A stretch of DNA of 64,000 bases from Klebsormidium nitens (lineage: Eukaryota; Plantae; Klebsormidiophyceae), in assembly GCA_000708835.1 (NCBI GenBank), contig DF237282.1, forward strand, positions 1 through 64,000, given 5' to 3'. The position numbers and the translations under genes were made by a program. Within the stretch, counting starts at the first letter, position 1; the number at the start of each line of letters is the position of its first letter. Positions 1-12,100 of the stretch are shown piece after piece. Under the pieces are notes generated by a model. It did not search any database, was not told the DNA's origin, and saw only the letters and a program-made list of their open reading frames with translations.

Positions 1-49
1 TTTCTAACAATCCCCGCGAGGGGCTCGGAAAGCTAGCGCCGTTACACAT

Positions 50-339
50 GCCGTCAACCACGCGTTAACCGTTGTCTGGTTGACCCTCAACCGGGCTTGC
101 CCCGGTTGACGGTCAACCGTGCTCTGGTTGAAGAATCCGTCAACCAGACCTGCCCCGGTTGACGATCAACCGATCATGGTTGACGTCAACTAGTCCTGGC
201 TAAGAGCTCTCAACCAGGCCCTGCCCGGTTGATGGTCAACCAGACCTCGGTTGAGGCCCGTCAACCAGGCCGGGTCTGGTTGGCGCCTGGAAGACCTCGG
301 TTGGGCCCTGGTTGAGGGTCCTGGTTGAGTGCGAAAGTG
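50..339. repeat. Array of short palindromic units TCAACC-N(6-12)-GGTTGA, possibly the subterminal region of a DNA transposon cut by the window edge
   Basis: About 8 facing TCAACC/GGTTGA pairs, e.g. tcaaccggg-cttgc-cccggttga at 88-110; the array ends in ...gagtgcgaaagtg (reverse complement starts CACT). Confidence 0.55.
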
Positions 340-965
340 CCTTGTAATACCGTGCATGTGATATCATGCATAACCGTATCTTTCAACTGATTCGGAAGTT
401 CAAAGCGTACAAACCAACATTCAACGGGGAGTCGGATGAGAAGCTAGAACCCTACTAGTCTAGAAATGATGCTCTGCTTGTCGTCCGGTCTCATGTACGT
501 ACAGTACAAGACATTCTGGCAGCTCACATAATGAGGGAGACTCAGTGGACCATTCCCGACGATCGGACAGCGTGAAATCCTGGCCGGGCTGGCATGCAAA
601 CTTTCTCTGATTGATGCGGCTAGCTTTAAATCCACATGCAGCTTCTATTGCAGTGAATTGAATCTGTTGGACCGTTCGATCCAATAGGACGGAGCGTTCT
701 GACCATTGAATTGACCGCTTGTTCTGACCGTCTAGAGCTCATCCTGCGATGACTTTCAGACCTTGCCTCCGGAAAAATGCGTTTCGTGGATCCGGAGCTT
801 GCGTCATTGGGACGCAAGCGCGCCTGCCCTTTTCTGGGAAACTTTATTAGGCGCTCTGCCATGTACTTGGAAGACCTTGTCAGGCTACGTACGCTCAAAT
901 GGGACAAACACATGACTCTACAGGTACTGTACACGCTTTTGCTTTCCAATCAGAACCAACCAGAT

Positions 966-3900
966 TTAAAATGTATTTTCCTCTGGACTGTTTGAGTCCA
1001 CTCCCGCGGCAAATGGCGCCGCGCTGCTGCTCGCAATCTGCCTATACAATCGTTGCGCCCATTCGACGTCGCTCACAACGCCAGTCCGGGCATCATCGAA
1101 ACAATCAATCGCCGTCGAATCGCGCGTGTCCGCCGCCATCCGGAACAGCCGCGTCGCCTCCTCAACATTCCGGTCGACTCCCACCCCGTAATAATAACAC
1201 AGCCCGAGGCAAGCTACACCGCCCGGCTCCCCCGCGCTGGCCGCCGCCTGGTAAAACGCCACCCCCCGCTCGACGTCCCTCTCCACCCCGACCCCCATCA
1301 CGTAGCAGTCCCCCAGTTTCACCTGCGCGCGCGCACAGCCCCGGTCGCTCGCTTCCCGGTACAGCTCGGCGGCCTTGACGAGGTCCCGCTCGACCCCCTC
1401 CCCGCGCGCATGGCATTCACCCAAACGCGCGAGCGCCAGCGCGTGCCCCTGGTCGGCCGCGCGCGCAAACCACTCCACCGCAGTTTGGCAGCACCAGTCG
1501 ACTCCCGCGCCTCGGGAGTAGCACCACCCGAGCCCCGCCTGCCCCTCCCCGTTACCTTGCTCGGCCGCGAGGCGGTACAATTCCGCAGCCCGCTCTAGTT
1601 TCTTCTCGACCCCGGACCCGTCCCTGTAGCAACCCCCGAGCGCGGCCTGCGCTGCGGCGCTCCCCTTTGCGGACGCGGACTCGAGCAACCGGATCCCGAG
1701 CGCCGGGTTCCGGTCCACGCCCCACCCGTTCAAGTAACACTCACCCAGGCTCGCCTGACCGGCGGACTCGCCCAATTCGGCCGCATGCCGGAAAAGGTCG
1801 ACTGCGCGCGCGGGGTCCCGGGTGACGCCAAACCCCGCGAACACGCAGTGCCCCAAATTGACGAGCGCGGCCGCGCTGCCGCGGTCCGCCGCCCGCTCAT
1901 AGAACTGGATTGCCTGGCCGTAGTCTTGGCCGACGCCCCGCCCGCTTTGGTAGCAGAGCCCCAGGCCCAGAAGCGCGGTCGGGTGATTTTGCTCCGCGGC
2001 CTGGCGGTACATTTCGGCGCCCCAGGTTTTGCGCGACGCCGTCCCCGCGCTGAAAGCAGAGCCCGAGGCTGACCTGCGCACGAAATTATGATAAGCAAGT
2101 GGTGTGTTACGATTCCTGCAGATTGTACCCGATATCAAGCGAGCATAGCACACGTGAATGGACCCGCTACCTAGATGGCCAGGCTGCGTTGTGTCAAGTA
2201 CTGCTGCCATCAATCAACCCGACTTGTGGCGACCAGAAGAGTCGCACTGCCCGTTCCTTGTCGCCTCTTTGCGGTTGCACTCTGGCTCCGTCTCAGTACT
2301 AGTTGTCCCCTTCTGGCCTCCTGTTTCCGACTCTCGTCTTTTAAGGAATTGATGAGTATGGCAATCCCTGATCAGAAGTCGCACCTTCTTAGTGTCGTGG
2401 CCTGAAGCTGACGACGAGTCTCAACAGACTTCCAGCAGATTGTCCGTCTTGAGAAGACACCAAGGGGATTATCTGAGAGTCTTGGGTAGGCAAAGGTCGC
2501 GAAGAAAAGGACGTGCGACTGAGTTTACGGGGAAAAAGAATGGATTGATCCCTAGCAAACTCGGAGTCTAACTCGTACGGTATAGCGATATTGGGCTGAA
2601 ACACGTCGACTCTCGACGTGATTCAAATAGTTGATTGTCCGTTCACATTCATCTCAATGTCCTCGAAGACGTGCTTTGGCGACCTCACTGGTGATCAGAG
2701 TACGGCTATGGAAGCCAGTCCTCAAGTGGGAAACGGTGGCAAACTGATCCGTAAGAAAGGGCAATCTGCTCGTAGCAGGCCTTTCAAGAATTGCGAGTCG
2801 ATTGTGTCTCCATCAGATTGACTACATCAAGCTCTGACTTGGCAGATGTAGTATCAAAAGCATCAAAAGGAGTACTATGATTTAGCTCACAATCTTTGAC
2901 GTTCTGCGTAGGTCTGGTTAGTCTCTGAGCTAGTTTAGACGGATTTGCACCTACTCAACACAGAGCATCAGCTCGATTCAGCAAATATATCACAATTTCC
3001 CAAGACAAATTGCAAGATTGACTTATTTCCGCGCTCCCTCACCTGTGCGGTTGCCTGCCCGTGAGCTGCCGCTGCAGCATAGAGCATGGCTGCGCGCACC
3101 ACGTCTTTCTCGACCCCCTCTCCCCGGTGGAAGCACACCCCCAAGCTAAGCTGCGCGCCCGGATGATCCCTCTCCGCAGCCTGCCTGTACAACTCCGCCG
3201 CAATCCTCATATCCTTTTCCACGCCTAACCCCCGCGAGTAACACAACCCCAGATTGAACAGACCCAATGCATAGCCCTTCCCTGCGGCCCCCCGGAACAA
3301 CTCGACCGCTCTGGGGGGGTCATTTGTCTGCCCCCGCCCGAGCAAAAGGCACACCCCCAGATTGACGAGCGCCGCGGGGTGGCCCTGCTTTGCGGCGTCC
3401 TCGAATAATGCAGCCGCGCGCGAGAGGTCCTTGGGCGTCCCGAGGCCCCTTTGATAGCACAGCCCAAGATTCACCTGCGGGGTAGTGGACTGTGTCAGCA
3501 GGCCTGCGCTCGAAAGCACAACTGGTGCGAGGTTCAAACAGCGCATGCACTTGATGGAATCTGGAGGAAGACAGCATGTGATTCATGCTCTGCAAACCAG
3601 AAGTTGATGTTAGTCAAGCCCTGACGTTATGCTTCTGTAATAAACACATTTCAACAAGCATTCCTTCCTTTCCTATGCAACAGGAGCTGGTGTTGGCTTG
3701 AGGTTGATTGAGGCCATGTGCGGGGCTGAGCAGCGCTCGAAACAAATCAAGGAAACACTATGAAGAATCAGGAAGATAGAGAAAGGGAAACGAAGAGAGA
3801 GAAGGGGCATAGAGAGGAGTAAGGGTGACTAGAGAGAGGGGGAGAAAGTGACCCCTGAGCTGAAACGCCTAACCCACTCAACCCATCAGCTAACCTCACA

Positions 3901-4512
3901 AGGCAGATTTGCCCCCACCTGTGCGGCAGCGCTTCCCTGTTGCACCGCCGCGCGGTATAGACAGAGCGCCTTTTGCAGGTTGCGCTGCACGCCCCTTCCC
4001 AGTTGATAGCAAGACCCGAGGCACGCCTGCGCCGAGGGATCCCCCTCGTCGGCCGCCCTCTGAAACAGCTGCGCCGCGTGCGCCTCATCTTGTTCGACAC
4101 CGCTGCCGTGAAAGTAACACCCCCCCAGCGCGACTTGCCCCGCAGCATCGCCTTTCTTTGCTGCACTATCAAACAGCCGCACGGCTTCGCATAAGTCTCT
4201 CGGGACCCCCCCTCCGGTCTGGTAGCAAACCCCCAGGCTCACTTCAGCGGGAGAGTATCCCCGCTGTGCAGCCTGCTGGAGAAGAGTCACCGCCGTTTCC
4301 CGGTCTTCAGCTGCCCCCCCACAACCACAGTAGTAGCAATGTCCCAGTTGGAATTGCCCCTCGGGGTCGCCAGCTTCAGCCGCGGTCCGAATGAATTCGA
4401 GCGCCGTTGCGTCAGACTCTCGCGGGCCCCAAGCCAAAAGGAAATGCCCCGACACATCCAAGGGGCTTCGCTGCTCTGGTGTAATGCAGCGCGCCTCCTG
4501 GTAGCTAGCCAT
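966..4512 (-). CDS. Sel1-like repeat (SLR) protein, roughly 17-18 repeats, 3 coding exons (3919-4512, 3043-3474, 966-2073); frameshift near 2017, so possibly a pseudogene or assembly error
   Basis: Repeated 36-aa motif A..G...AQ..LG.CY..G.GV..D...A..LY..AA..G in all three ORF blocks. GT/AG junctions are all phase 0 at AQ|V.LG; exon 2 is 432 nt, exactly 4 repeats. The start ATG at 4512 is inferred. Confidence 0.85.
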
Positions 4513-4522
4513 TTGAAGGAGT

Positions 4523-4790
4523 GGTGGAATCCAGCTACGACATAATGAAAGGGCTCCAATCCTCAGCACATTGTGCTGTTCAGAGGCGTTCGTAGCTTCC
4601 TTAGTGGGTCAGAAGAGGAACGAAAGGCCAGCAGGGACTCTCACTGATTTCGCAGACTTGGTGGATTTCAGCTACGACATGATTAAGGGGCTCAATTCTT
4701 AGCACATTGTGCTGCCCAGGGGTGTCTGCTTACTTGAAGTCAGTGGGCCTGAAGAGGAACGGACGGGCCAGCCGGGACTCTCACCGAGTC
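4523..4790 (-). repeat. Two-copy ~137 bp tandem duplication, each unit containing a complete GT-AG intron-like segment upstream of the Sel1 CDS
   Basis: ggtggaatccagctacgacataatg...gggactctcactga versus ggtggatttcagctacgacatgatt...gggactctcaccga; on the minus strand each unit reads GTGAGAG...TGTCGTAG. Confidence 0.75.
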
Positions 4791-7700
4791 CCCCCAGCAT
4801 TTGCAATTGACTTGACTTGTGTGCTGGCAGATTGCTCTCTGGATAGACGTACATTACAAGTAAGCAATTCAGAAACATTGGGAGGGAGCTAGAACAGAAT
4901 GCATTCTAGCGCCCCTGGCCGGTGTCAGCATTCTGTGAGCCACCTCAGAACCAAAAAAACAGGTTTGGCACTAGTGTAGCTTCCCTCATACGATAAGGAA
5001 ACCGAATGGGAAGCACCTAAGTCGTGTAGCTGAGCAATGGCGCCGCCCATGCTGATGCCCATGACAGCTGTCCACCAACATTTGCAACGTTCATTTGTAA
5101 TTCAGCGCCGACCTTAGCTGCGCGAATCTTGTACAGGCGGCCACAGCTTTGCTTGAATCACCTTTCCCAATGCAATCCGTTGACTGTCTTCTGATGGGGC
5201 CCGTCAGAGTGGTACGTCCAAGCCGACGTACGACAGTTGATATCAGCAATATCGTCCACTTCTCACCACTTCTGGACCAAAATATCAGCCACGTAAGCCT
5301 TTTTTCAAGAGTTCCTCAGGCTGATTCCCAGTCCAAAAGTATAAAAAGTACTAGGCGTAGTGCTTTTAGTACTGGGCGGGTCAGGCGAATGACACTATAG
5401 ACTACCGTACGGTATTAGCTAGGGCTGCTAGCTAGCCTGCTACTACTAGGTACGTGACTTTGACTCTTCAGACTCAAAAGCCACGCTCCACACTGCAGTG
5501 CACAGTGCATAGTGCACATTGCACAGTGCCCAGTCTTGTACTTTCCGGATCTTGATGGGATCCAGTCAATTTATAGTCCTCAGAGGGGCCGGGGTTTCCG
5601 GGCAAAATCGGGCCGGCCGGGATTTGGCGACGTTCGCCCGAGAAGCTCCGGTCGGAAGCTTCCGTCGATCTTGCGTGCGCCCCCCGTGCGCCCCTGGGGG
5701 GGCGCAAGCCACGTCGGTAGTAGTCCATGGCGCTGGGCCCCAGGGCCTGGAGGTTCTAAAATCTTCCCGGGGCCACTCATTGGCCGGGCGTGGAGGGGGG
5801 GCCCCGGCGGCCCCCGGGGGGCCCCGTTTACGCCGTACTGACTCGGAGTTCCGTACTCACATTGAAGTTACTAGTCACACCTCCGAGTCGGCACCGTCCG
5901 ATGGTGTTGACACTGTTGAATAAGCCGCCGAACCCTGACACCCTGACAGACGGTCCGCAGACTCCGCACTGTCCGGACCTGGGATCGCCGGGCGGGATAC
6001 GGCAACAAAATAGCGTATCGCGGTGGTTCGGCCTCTGTCAGACTTCGGTACGTACGGTACTACGCGGACGCACGCTTCTGCCGGCCGCCGGCCTAGGGCG
6101 ACGGTTCACCTTCCCCGCCGCGGCCCGGATCGATGGCCGCCCAGGTGCTCCCCAGGTGATGCTATCCAACTTGGAGGAAAGTAAGAAAGCATCACTTCGG
6201 TCGCATTCGTTCCATTTTCCGAGCTGTCAGCGGAGACCGGACGCAGCGCCTGACGCATAAATGGGATAGTTGGCCCCACAAGGTGGGCCCCCGGTGGGCC
6301 AATTGGGCGCCCCATTGGGCGGAATTCCGCCGCACCACGTACGTACTCTCAGACATGCATCTCCGACAATCTGGACGGAATCAGCTAACATGCTGAACTT
6401 GGAAACATGCAATTTCGCTGAAGAAGTTCAGGTCACGTTCCGGTTCTTGGCAGCAGCGTTTGGTGCCGGTAGCACCCTCAAGGTACTTATTAGACGTTTC
6501 AGACGAAATCATCAGTTGCAGGCACCGGGTCGACACCGGCACGCTGCAACGTAGTAGACGCGTTTCGAGGTGGACCTTCGCAGAAATGGAACATCGTCTT
6601 GGCATATCCCCGGTTGGCTAGTAGAGTAGGTCTCAACCGCTCCTTTGCTTCATTGAACAAAGTAATGGCGGTACTGAATACATGACACAGCTTGGCAAAC
6701 GTCTAAGACCTAGTAATGGCAGCCGTACATTATTGGGTCCGGTTGGCAGCTTTGTACGATGTAGGATATTTTCAGTCCGTTCACGTGATTATGTAAATAG
6801 ATCGAACTTGGAAAGCGGAATTGTCATTAATTGCCTAGGAGCTCTTTCAATGAAACAATGAGCGGGGCTGTTGAAAGCGGGCCCGCACTAGGCTTCGACA
6901 GTGAAACTACTCAATTTCACAGAATCTGCTAATGGATTTCAACAGAAGAGAGGGGTGCACTGGCTTTACGTGCTCTTCTACGACTTGTTGACCAGGCTTC
7001 CAAGTGACGCTGACCGGCATCGCAGAAAACGAGTACACGTCTTAAAGGCTACTCGTTACTAGTAATCTAGTAAGTAGGCCATGACTCGCTACTAGTACAC
7101 GTTTCCTCCCCTGCCGGGTAGTATGCGAAACGTAATTCTCATCAACGCTCATGCAAGCTGGCAAGCCATCAAGCAGATTATAATGAAGCTGTAGACACGA
7201 ATTACCTTGAGGGATCGGTGCGTCTTTCAATCTTCTTTCAGCTGTAGACCTTTTTGCACGATTGCTTTGATTCCCTTATGTCTCCATGTTCGCTTGATAA
7301 ATTCTATCCAATTGCTAGTCCTTCCCCGGAACTTTAACAGCAAGAGGTTCTCTTAGCGTGTTGATTGGCCACGGGACACATGTCGTCGGGCCGTGATTTT
7401 AAAAATAGAAAAGGAGATCTGTTTTGACGAGAGTTAGTTTTCAGCCTGGATGGTCCGGATGATTCAAATCCAAAAGAGCTGATCCTATCAAAGGACATAC
7501 TTTTGCATGCACGTATCAGTTCTGTCTAAGGCATGTTCAATGTCCTGATATTAAATCATTAGTTGAATTCTACTCTTGCAGCTTGTTCGTCCAAATAGTT
7601 GCTGGAACGTCTTCGTAATCTCATGCAATTGATTTCTATGTCTGCGTTTATATGCATTCGAAATTGTTGCTAGCCTGGACTACGTTTTTATAATCCTGCC

Positions 7701-8649
7701 AGCTTGGTCACGTCATGTGCTCCGAGCCGACTCTGAAGGGAGGATGAATCCTGGTTCAGTGAGTTGAACACTGGGACTCTGGAAAAACAAAGTATTCTTA
7801 ATTTATGGTGGATTTATGCCGGTACTGTTTGATTGATAATGTTCAAAACTATTTTCTTTCTAGCCCTATCCGTCCATACAGTCTTCCAGGCCCTCTAGCT
7901 AAGTTTTACCTCGTTATTATAAGGAGTTTTGAGATTTATTCGAATCGAGTTTAGGAGGCCTCGACCGTCACCTCTCTGAAAGCCCCCATGTGCAGGCACG
8001 CGTGTGCCCAGCTCTCGGGACATGTTACATCCGTTTCAGTATTTACCGTCAACTCTCCCGTTCCTTTGCATGACGGGCCGCCGTGGCCGACCCCTCAATT
8101 CACTCATTAGCCCATTAGCCCAATTACCCTACGATTGGATGCAGCGAGATGGTTCATACACTCGCGGACAGGGCACTAGCTTCGATGGCGCCCTGCCCAA
8201 CGCTGCGCGGCTGTAGCTCGACCTTCAACGTAACGGTGACCGTCCAGGCTAGCTGTACATTCAATACACTGAGATCCATTGAGTGGCTTTCCGGTGCAAG
8301 AGGTACATAAATGGAATCCGATCCCATGATTGCGTAAGTCCATCATGCATAGTGCAACATGCACAGGCCACAGGCTTTAATTAGAAACTGGCCACTCACA
8401 GGTTTTATTCCTTTCCGGGACGTCGGACCTGCGAGCTGCGCGTCGTCGGACTAGTGATGCCCAATTCTGGAGACGTGAATGTACGTTCTGCCGCCATGGG
8501 CGCGGCGGCCGCGCTTTACGAGGTATATAGATCAAAACGGCGGGCCTGGCCGGGCGACGTTACAGGCACATATATGCAGCATCATGGTATACTAAGCTGG
8601 CAAGCACGGCCCGGCCAGAGTGAATCAAGTACGAACATCAACAAGCCGT

Positions 8650-8700
8650 CATACAGTGCGGTACAAAATCGAATACATACAGTGCGGTACAAAATTGAAT
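8650..8700. repeat. 26 bp tandem duplication downstream of the MFS gene
   Basis: catacagtgcggtacaaaat(c/t)gaat occurs twice in tandem. Confidence 0.85.
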
Positions 8701-9156
8701 TTCAAGCTCAACAGTAAATTGTAAGCAGAGCCTAGACATAAAGTCATTTGGTTGCTTTAGTTCACTTGACTCAACACTTGTCCTTACCCCTAACAAGCCA
8801 CGTGCTATTCAACAGAAATACCGTTCAAAAACACACACGTCTACTACTGACCAAAAGTTCATTATAGCAACGCACTCGATCGTTGATCTGACCAAGCCCT
8901 GGCAGCGTCCCGCTGAATATTATCTTTAATATTAATATACTTTATGTTTTGACCGACAACTTACTCAATCATGAGCCGTGTCAAGTTCGACGTTTCATAT
9001 GGCCGCACCCGACTTTGGCACAAACTCGACAGACACTATAAAGCCGCGGCAGTGGGACGGAAAGGTAGAAGGGGTTTATATACTAGGTAGACCGACCTTC
9101 GCTTTTGCGCCCCTCTTTGACGCAGTTTGTAGGTATGATACAGATCCACGGGCGGC

Positions 9157-12100
9157 CTATGCCAAAACGGTACTCGGCTCGCCATCCTCGTCCTCGTCGT
9201 GGGGTACGTCTTTTGGGCGAATCGCAAACCCGTAAAAGACGTAGTGAACCAGATAAAACGGGAATATAAACAGCAACAACCCGGCCACATCAAACCCGAC
9301 GTTAATCCAGAAGTAGTCGCCCCCAAACTTGTGCTTCGCGAGTTCGGTTAGGGTGCTGATTAGCGATGTGCTTATGGCGCCCGCCAACCGGGCGATGCCG
9401 AAAAGTTTGCCGAAGTTGCGGAAACCGAAGAGGCGTCCGAGGTACGCGGCCATGGCGCCGAAGAGGTACGGACGGTTCGCGGAGTAGGCGACGAATGCGA
9501 TGATCTGGCGGTATAAAAAGAGGAGGTGTTAGTGCGTTGTGAATCGCATGAAGCGAGCTTATCATGCGCGCGAAATTTTGGAGTGGTTAAGGTTCGATGT
9601 GCTGGCTGTGGGCAAGGGTCTCCCTCTAAGGACAGAGCGAACCTCCTGCAGAACACCTGGGGGCTGGAGCCTGGGTTAAGAATTAAGGGTAGGGGCTGGA
9701 TATTGACCTGAATATTTGTGCCGTTCTTCGCGGAGAAGTTTCGGGCAATTCTAAGAGCAATGACCTAACCAGAACAAACGCTTCGTACTGTCGATGGCGT
9801 TCTTCGACTCTCAGCTTTTATAAGGCAGAAGCTCTGATGCGACGCTTTGGTCGCCAGGACGAAGCATGTCGGTCCGACGGCAGCGACATCAAAGCCTGTA
9901 TCGGTGCCCCGAGGTCGCTGAAATCCACGTGAGCCTTTCGTAATCACCGCGACGTCCTTATTGGAACTTCGACTAAAATCTGCTGGAACAAATGCAGATG
10001 AAACAAGATACGGGGAAGTTTTTAAGGAAACAGGGGCTACTCGGCAACTTGAAAGATCTGGAAGGGTAAATCTCTAGCTGACGAGTGTCGTCATCGAGCA
10101 GAAGCTTGTGCGGGGTTGGACTCATCGCGCTGAATTTCGTAATTCGTACCGACCGTGCAACTGATCACAGGGAAATGAGGTCACATGCAGATGGAAAGTT
10201 ACGAGATAATATCGAAGTCGAAAGGAGCAGTGCAAAGCTCACCTGATACTTGATGGGGATCCAGTTGAGGGTTGACACGATGGAGAAGGTCTCATTCAGG
10301 ATGGCGATGAGGAAGAACGATGGCCCCAAACCCAGGTCGGTTAGCGACCAACCCACAAACGGAACCATGAGGACGCCGCCGAAGGGCAGTACGTAGTTGA
10401 ACAAGGCTGCGCCCAGGAGAAGGGAAACGGTTAGAAAGCCTCATAACGAGGTTAGAAGGGGTAGCAGACAGGGGTTCAGGAGGGTTAACGTAGGGCCAAT
10501 CGATTCTCAAAGCTAAATCTCACCGGTTACGGAAGGTTATGCCTCCCGTCAGAGGGACAACCTGATTGAGCGCACAGGATACGGTTATGAGCTGATCAAC
10601 TGTGGGACGACTGCAAACAGGCATCACAGAGCAGCCAATCACACTGAGTCTGGCAATGTAAATGTCCATACAAAGCGCACGCAAGCGCAAAAAGCGGTCA
10701 CAATTGAGGAGTCTTGAAAGGGCGCATTGTGGTACACGGCGACCGAACTCCCAAAACTTCACCTTCGCTGTCGCCCGCAAATGCCACAAGACATACTTAG
10801 CGACACACAGGTCACAACCCGTCTTTGTCTGTCGCCGCAAGCCTGCTACGCAGCGGAAATACCTCTTTCAAAGCCTGATTGTGGAAACCTCAATTCCTCA
10901 CCAGTATACGAGTTTGCCATGACGAGCGCGCTGCGCGGCGCCTGCATCTTGGCCGTGAACAGCAGCTGGTCGAAGATCGTGGCGATGTAGAAATTGACAC
11001 GTAGCACCAGGAACGCGGTGACAGCTGTCATGCTCCAGAAGATGCCCGACTTGAGCTGCTGCGTGAACTCCGTGTTGTAAATGTCCGAGTGCGGCTTGTC
11101 GCCCGTATCGTTGAGGAGAGGAACTGTGACCTCTGCGTTTACGGGGATCCCTTGCGCTTTGGCCCTCGTTACCTGCAGGGAAACACTCTGAAGCTTAGAG
11201 CTTCTACGGAGAGGGTTTGGCAGAAACGGGCCTCTGAGATGCGGCTTGTCGCCCGTATCGTTGAGGAGAAAAACTGGGGCCTCTGCGCTTACGGGGATCC
11301 TTTGCGCTTTGGCCTTCATCGCCTGCAGGAAACACTTACAAATGAAGAGCTTTCCTGCACAATATCTTGCAGACCCCATGCTCCGGTGAATGCGGCTTGT
11401 CGCCCAGATCGTTGAGAAGCGGAACTGTGGCCTCCGCGTTCACAAGAATACCTTGCGCCTTGCCCTTCATCACCTGACGAAATACGAGTTTTGAGGATAT
11501 AAGTTTTAAGCCGTTATTAGTTCAAGAGCCTCGAGATCGTGCCGTGTCGCCCAGATCGTTGACAGAGGAACCGTGGCCTCCGCGTCTACAGGAAAACCCT
11601 GCGCCTCGGCCTTCATCACCTGGGGCAAACCATAGCTTTTGAGGATTTCACTTACTAGTGGCAAGTTTGTAAGTTCCCAACTTTCAGAGACTTTGCAGCA
11701 ATCTTCTCGGTTTGAGTCTGGCGCGTTGCGCAAGTCGGTGAAGAGGAGGACTGCGGCCTCCGCCGAAGCGAGCGATCCTTCAGATTGGCTTTCATGACGT
11801 ACGCTAAAGAAAATGGTTCCAGAAGCTGAGAGTTATGAGACTGCCGCGTTTCTTCAAACCAGCACTCAAAACATGCACTTCAAGTTCTTAGAGAAGAGTC
11901 GTGGCTTCAACTTAGAAGAATGTACCCCGTGCCTTGGGCTTCACGCTGATAAGGGATTGCGTGCTACTAGCTTCATTAGGTGCACGGTCTTGGGGGTTTT
12001 GACGGCTGCGGTTGGCAATCCAAGCGCAGCAAACTGAACTCAATGGAAGAAGATCGAGGTACTGGAATATTCTCTCTCCGTAAACGGTTACCGGCTTATC

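Noticed and set aside
50-339. CRISPR-like array
   Set aside because: No constant-length repeat with unique spacers, no cas genes, eukaryotic context.
444-960. hAT-like transposase remnant
   Set aside because: No convincing catalytic or dimerisation motif in any frame.
899-2098. Pro/Arg-rich ORFs on + (899-1378, 1053-1598, 1785-2072) and similar overlaps at 3909-4394
   Set aside because: Antisense or alternate-frame shadows of GC-rich Sel1 exons.
5027-5062. GISMGGAIAQL alpha/beta-hydrolase nucleophile-elbow-like motif on the minus strand
   Set aside because: Isolated 12-aa match with no other hydrolase exons found nearby; may be chance or a tiny relic.
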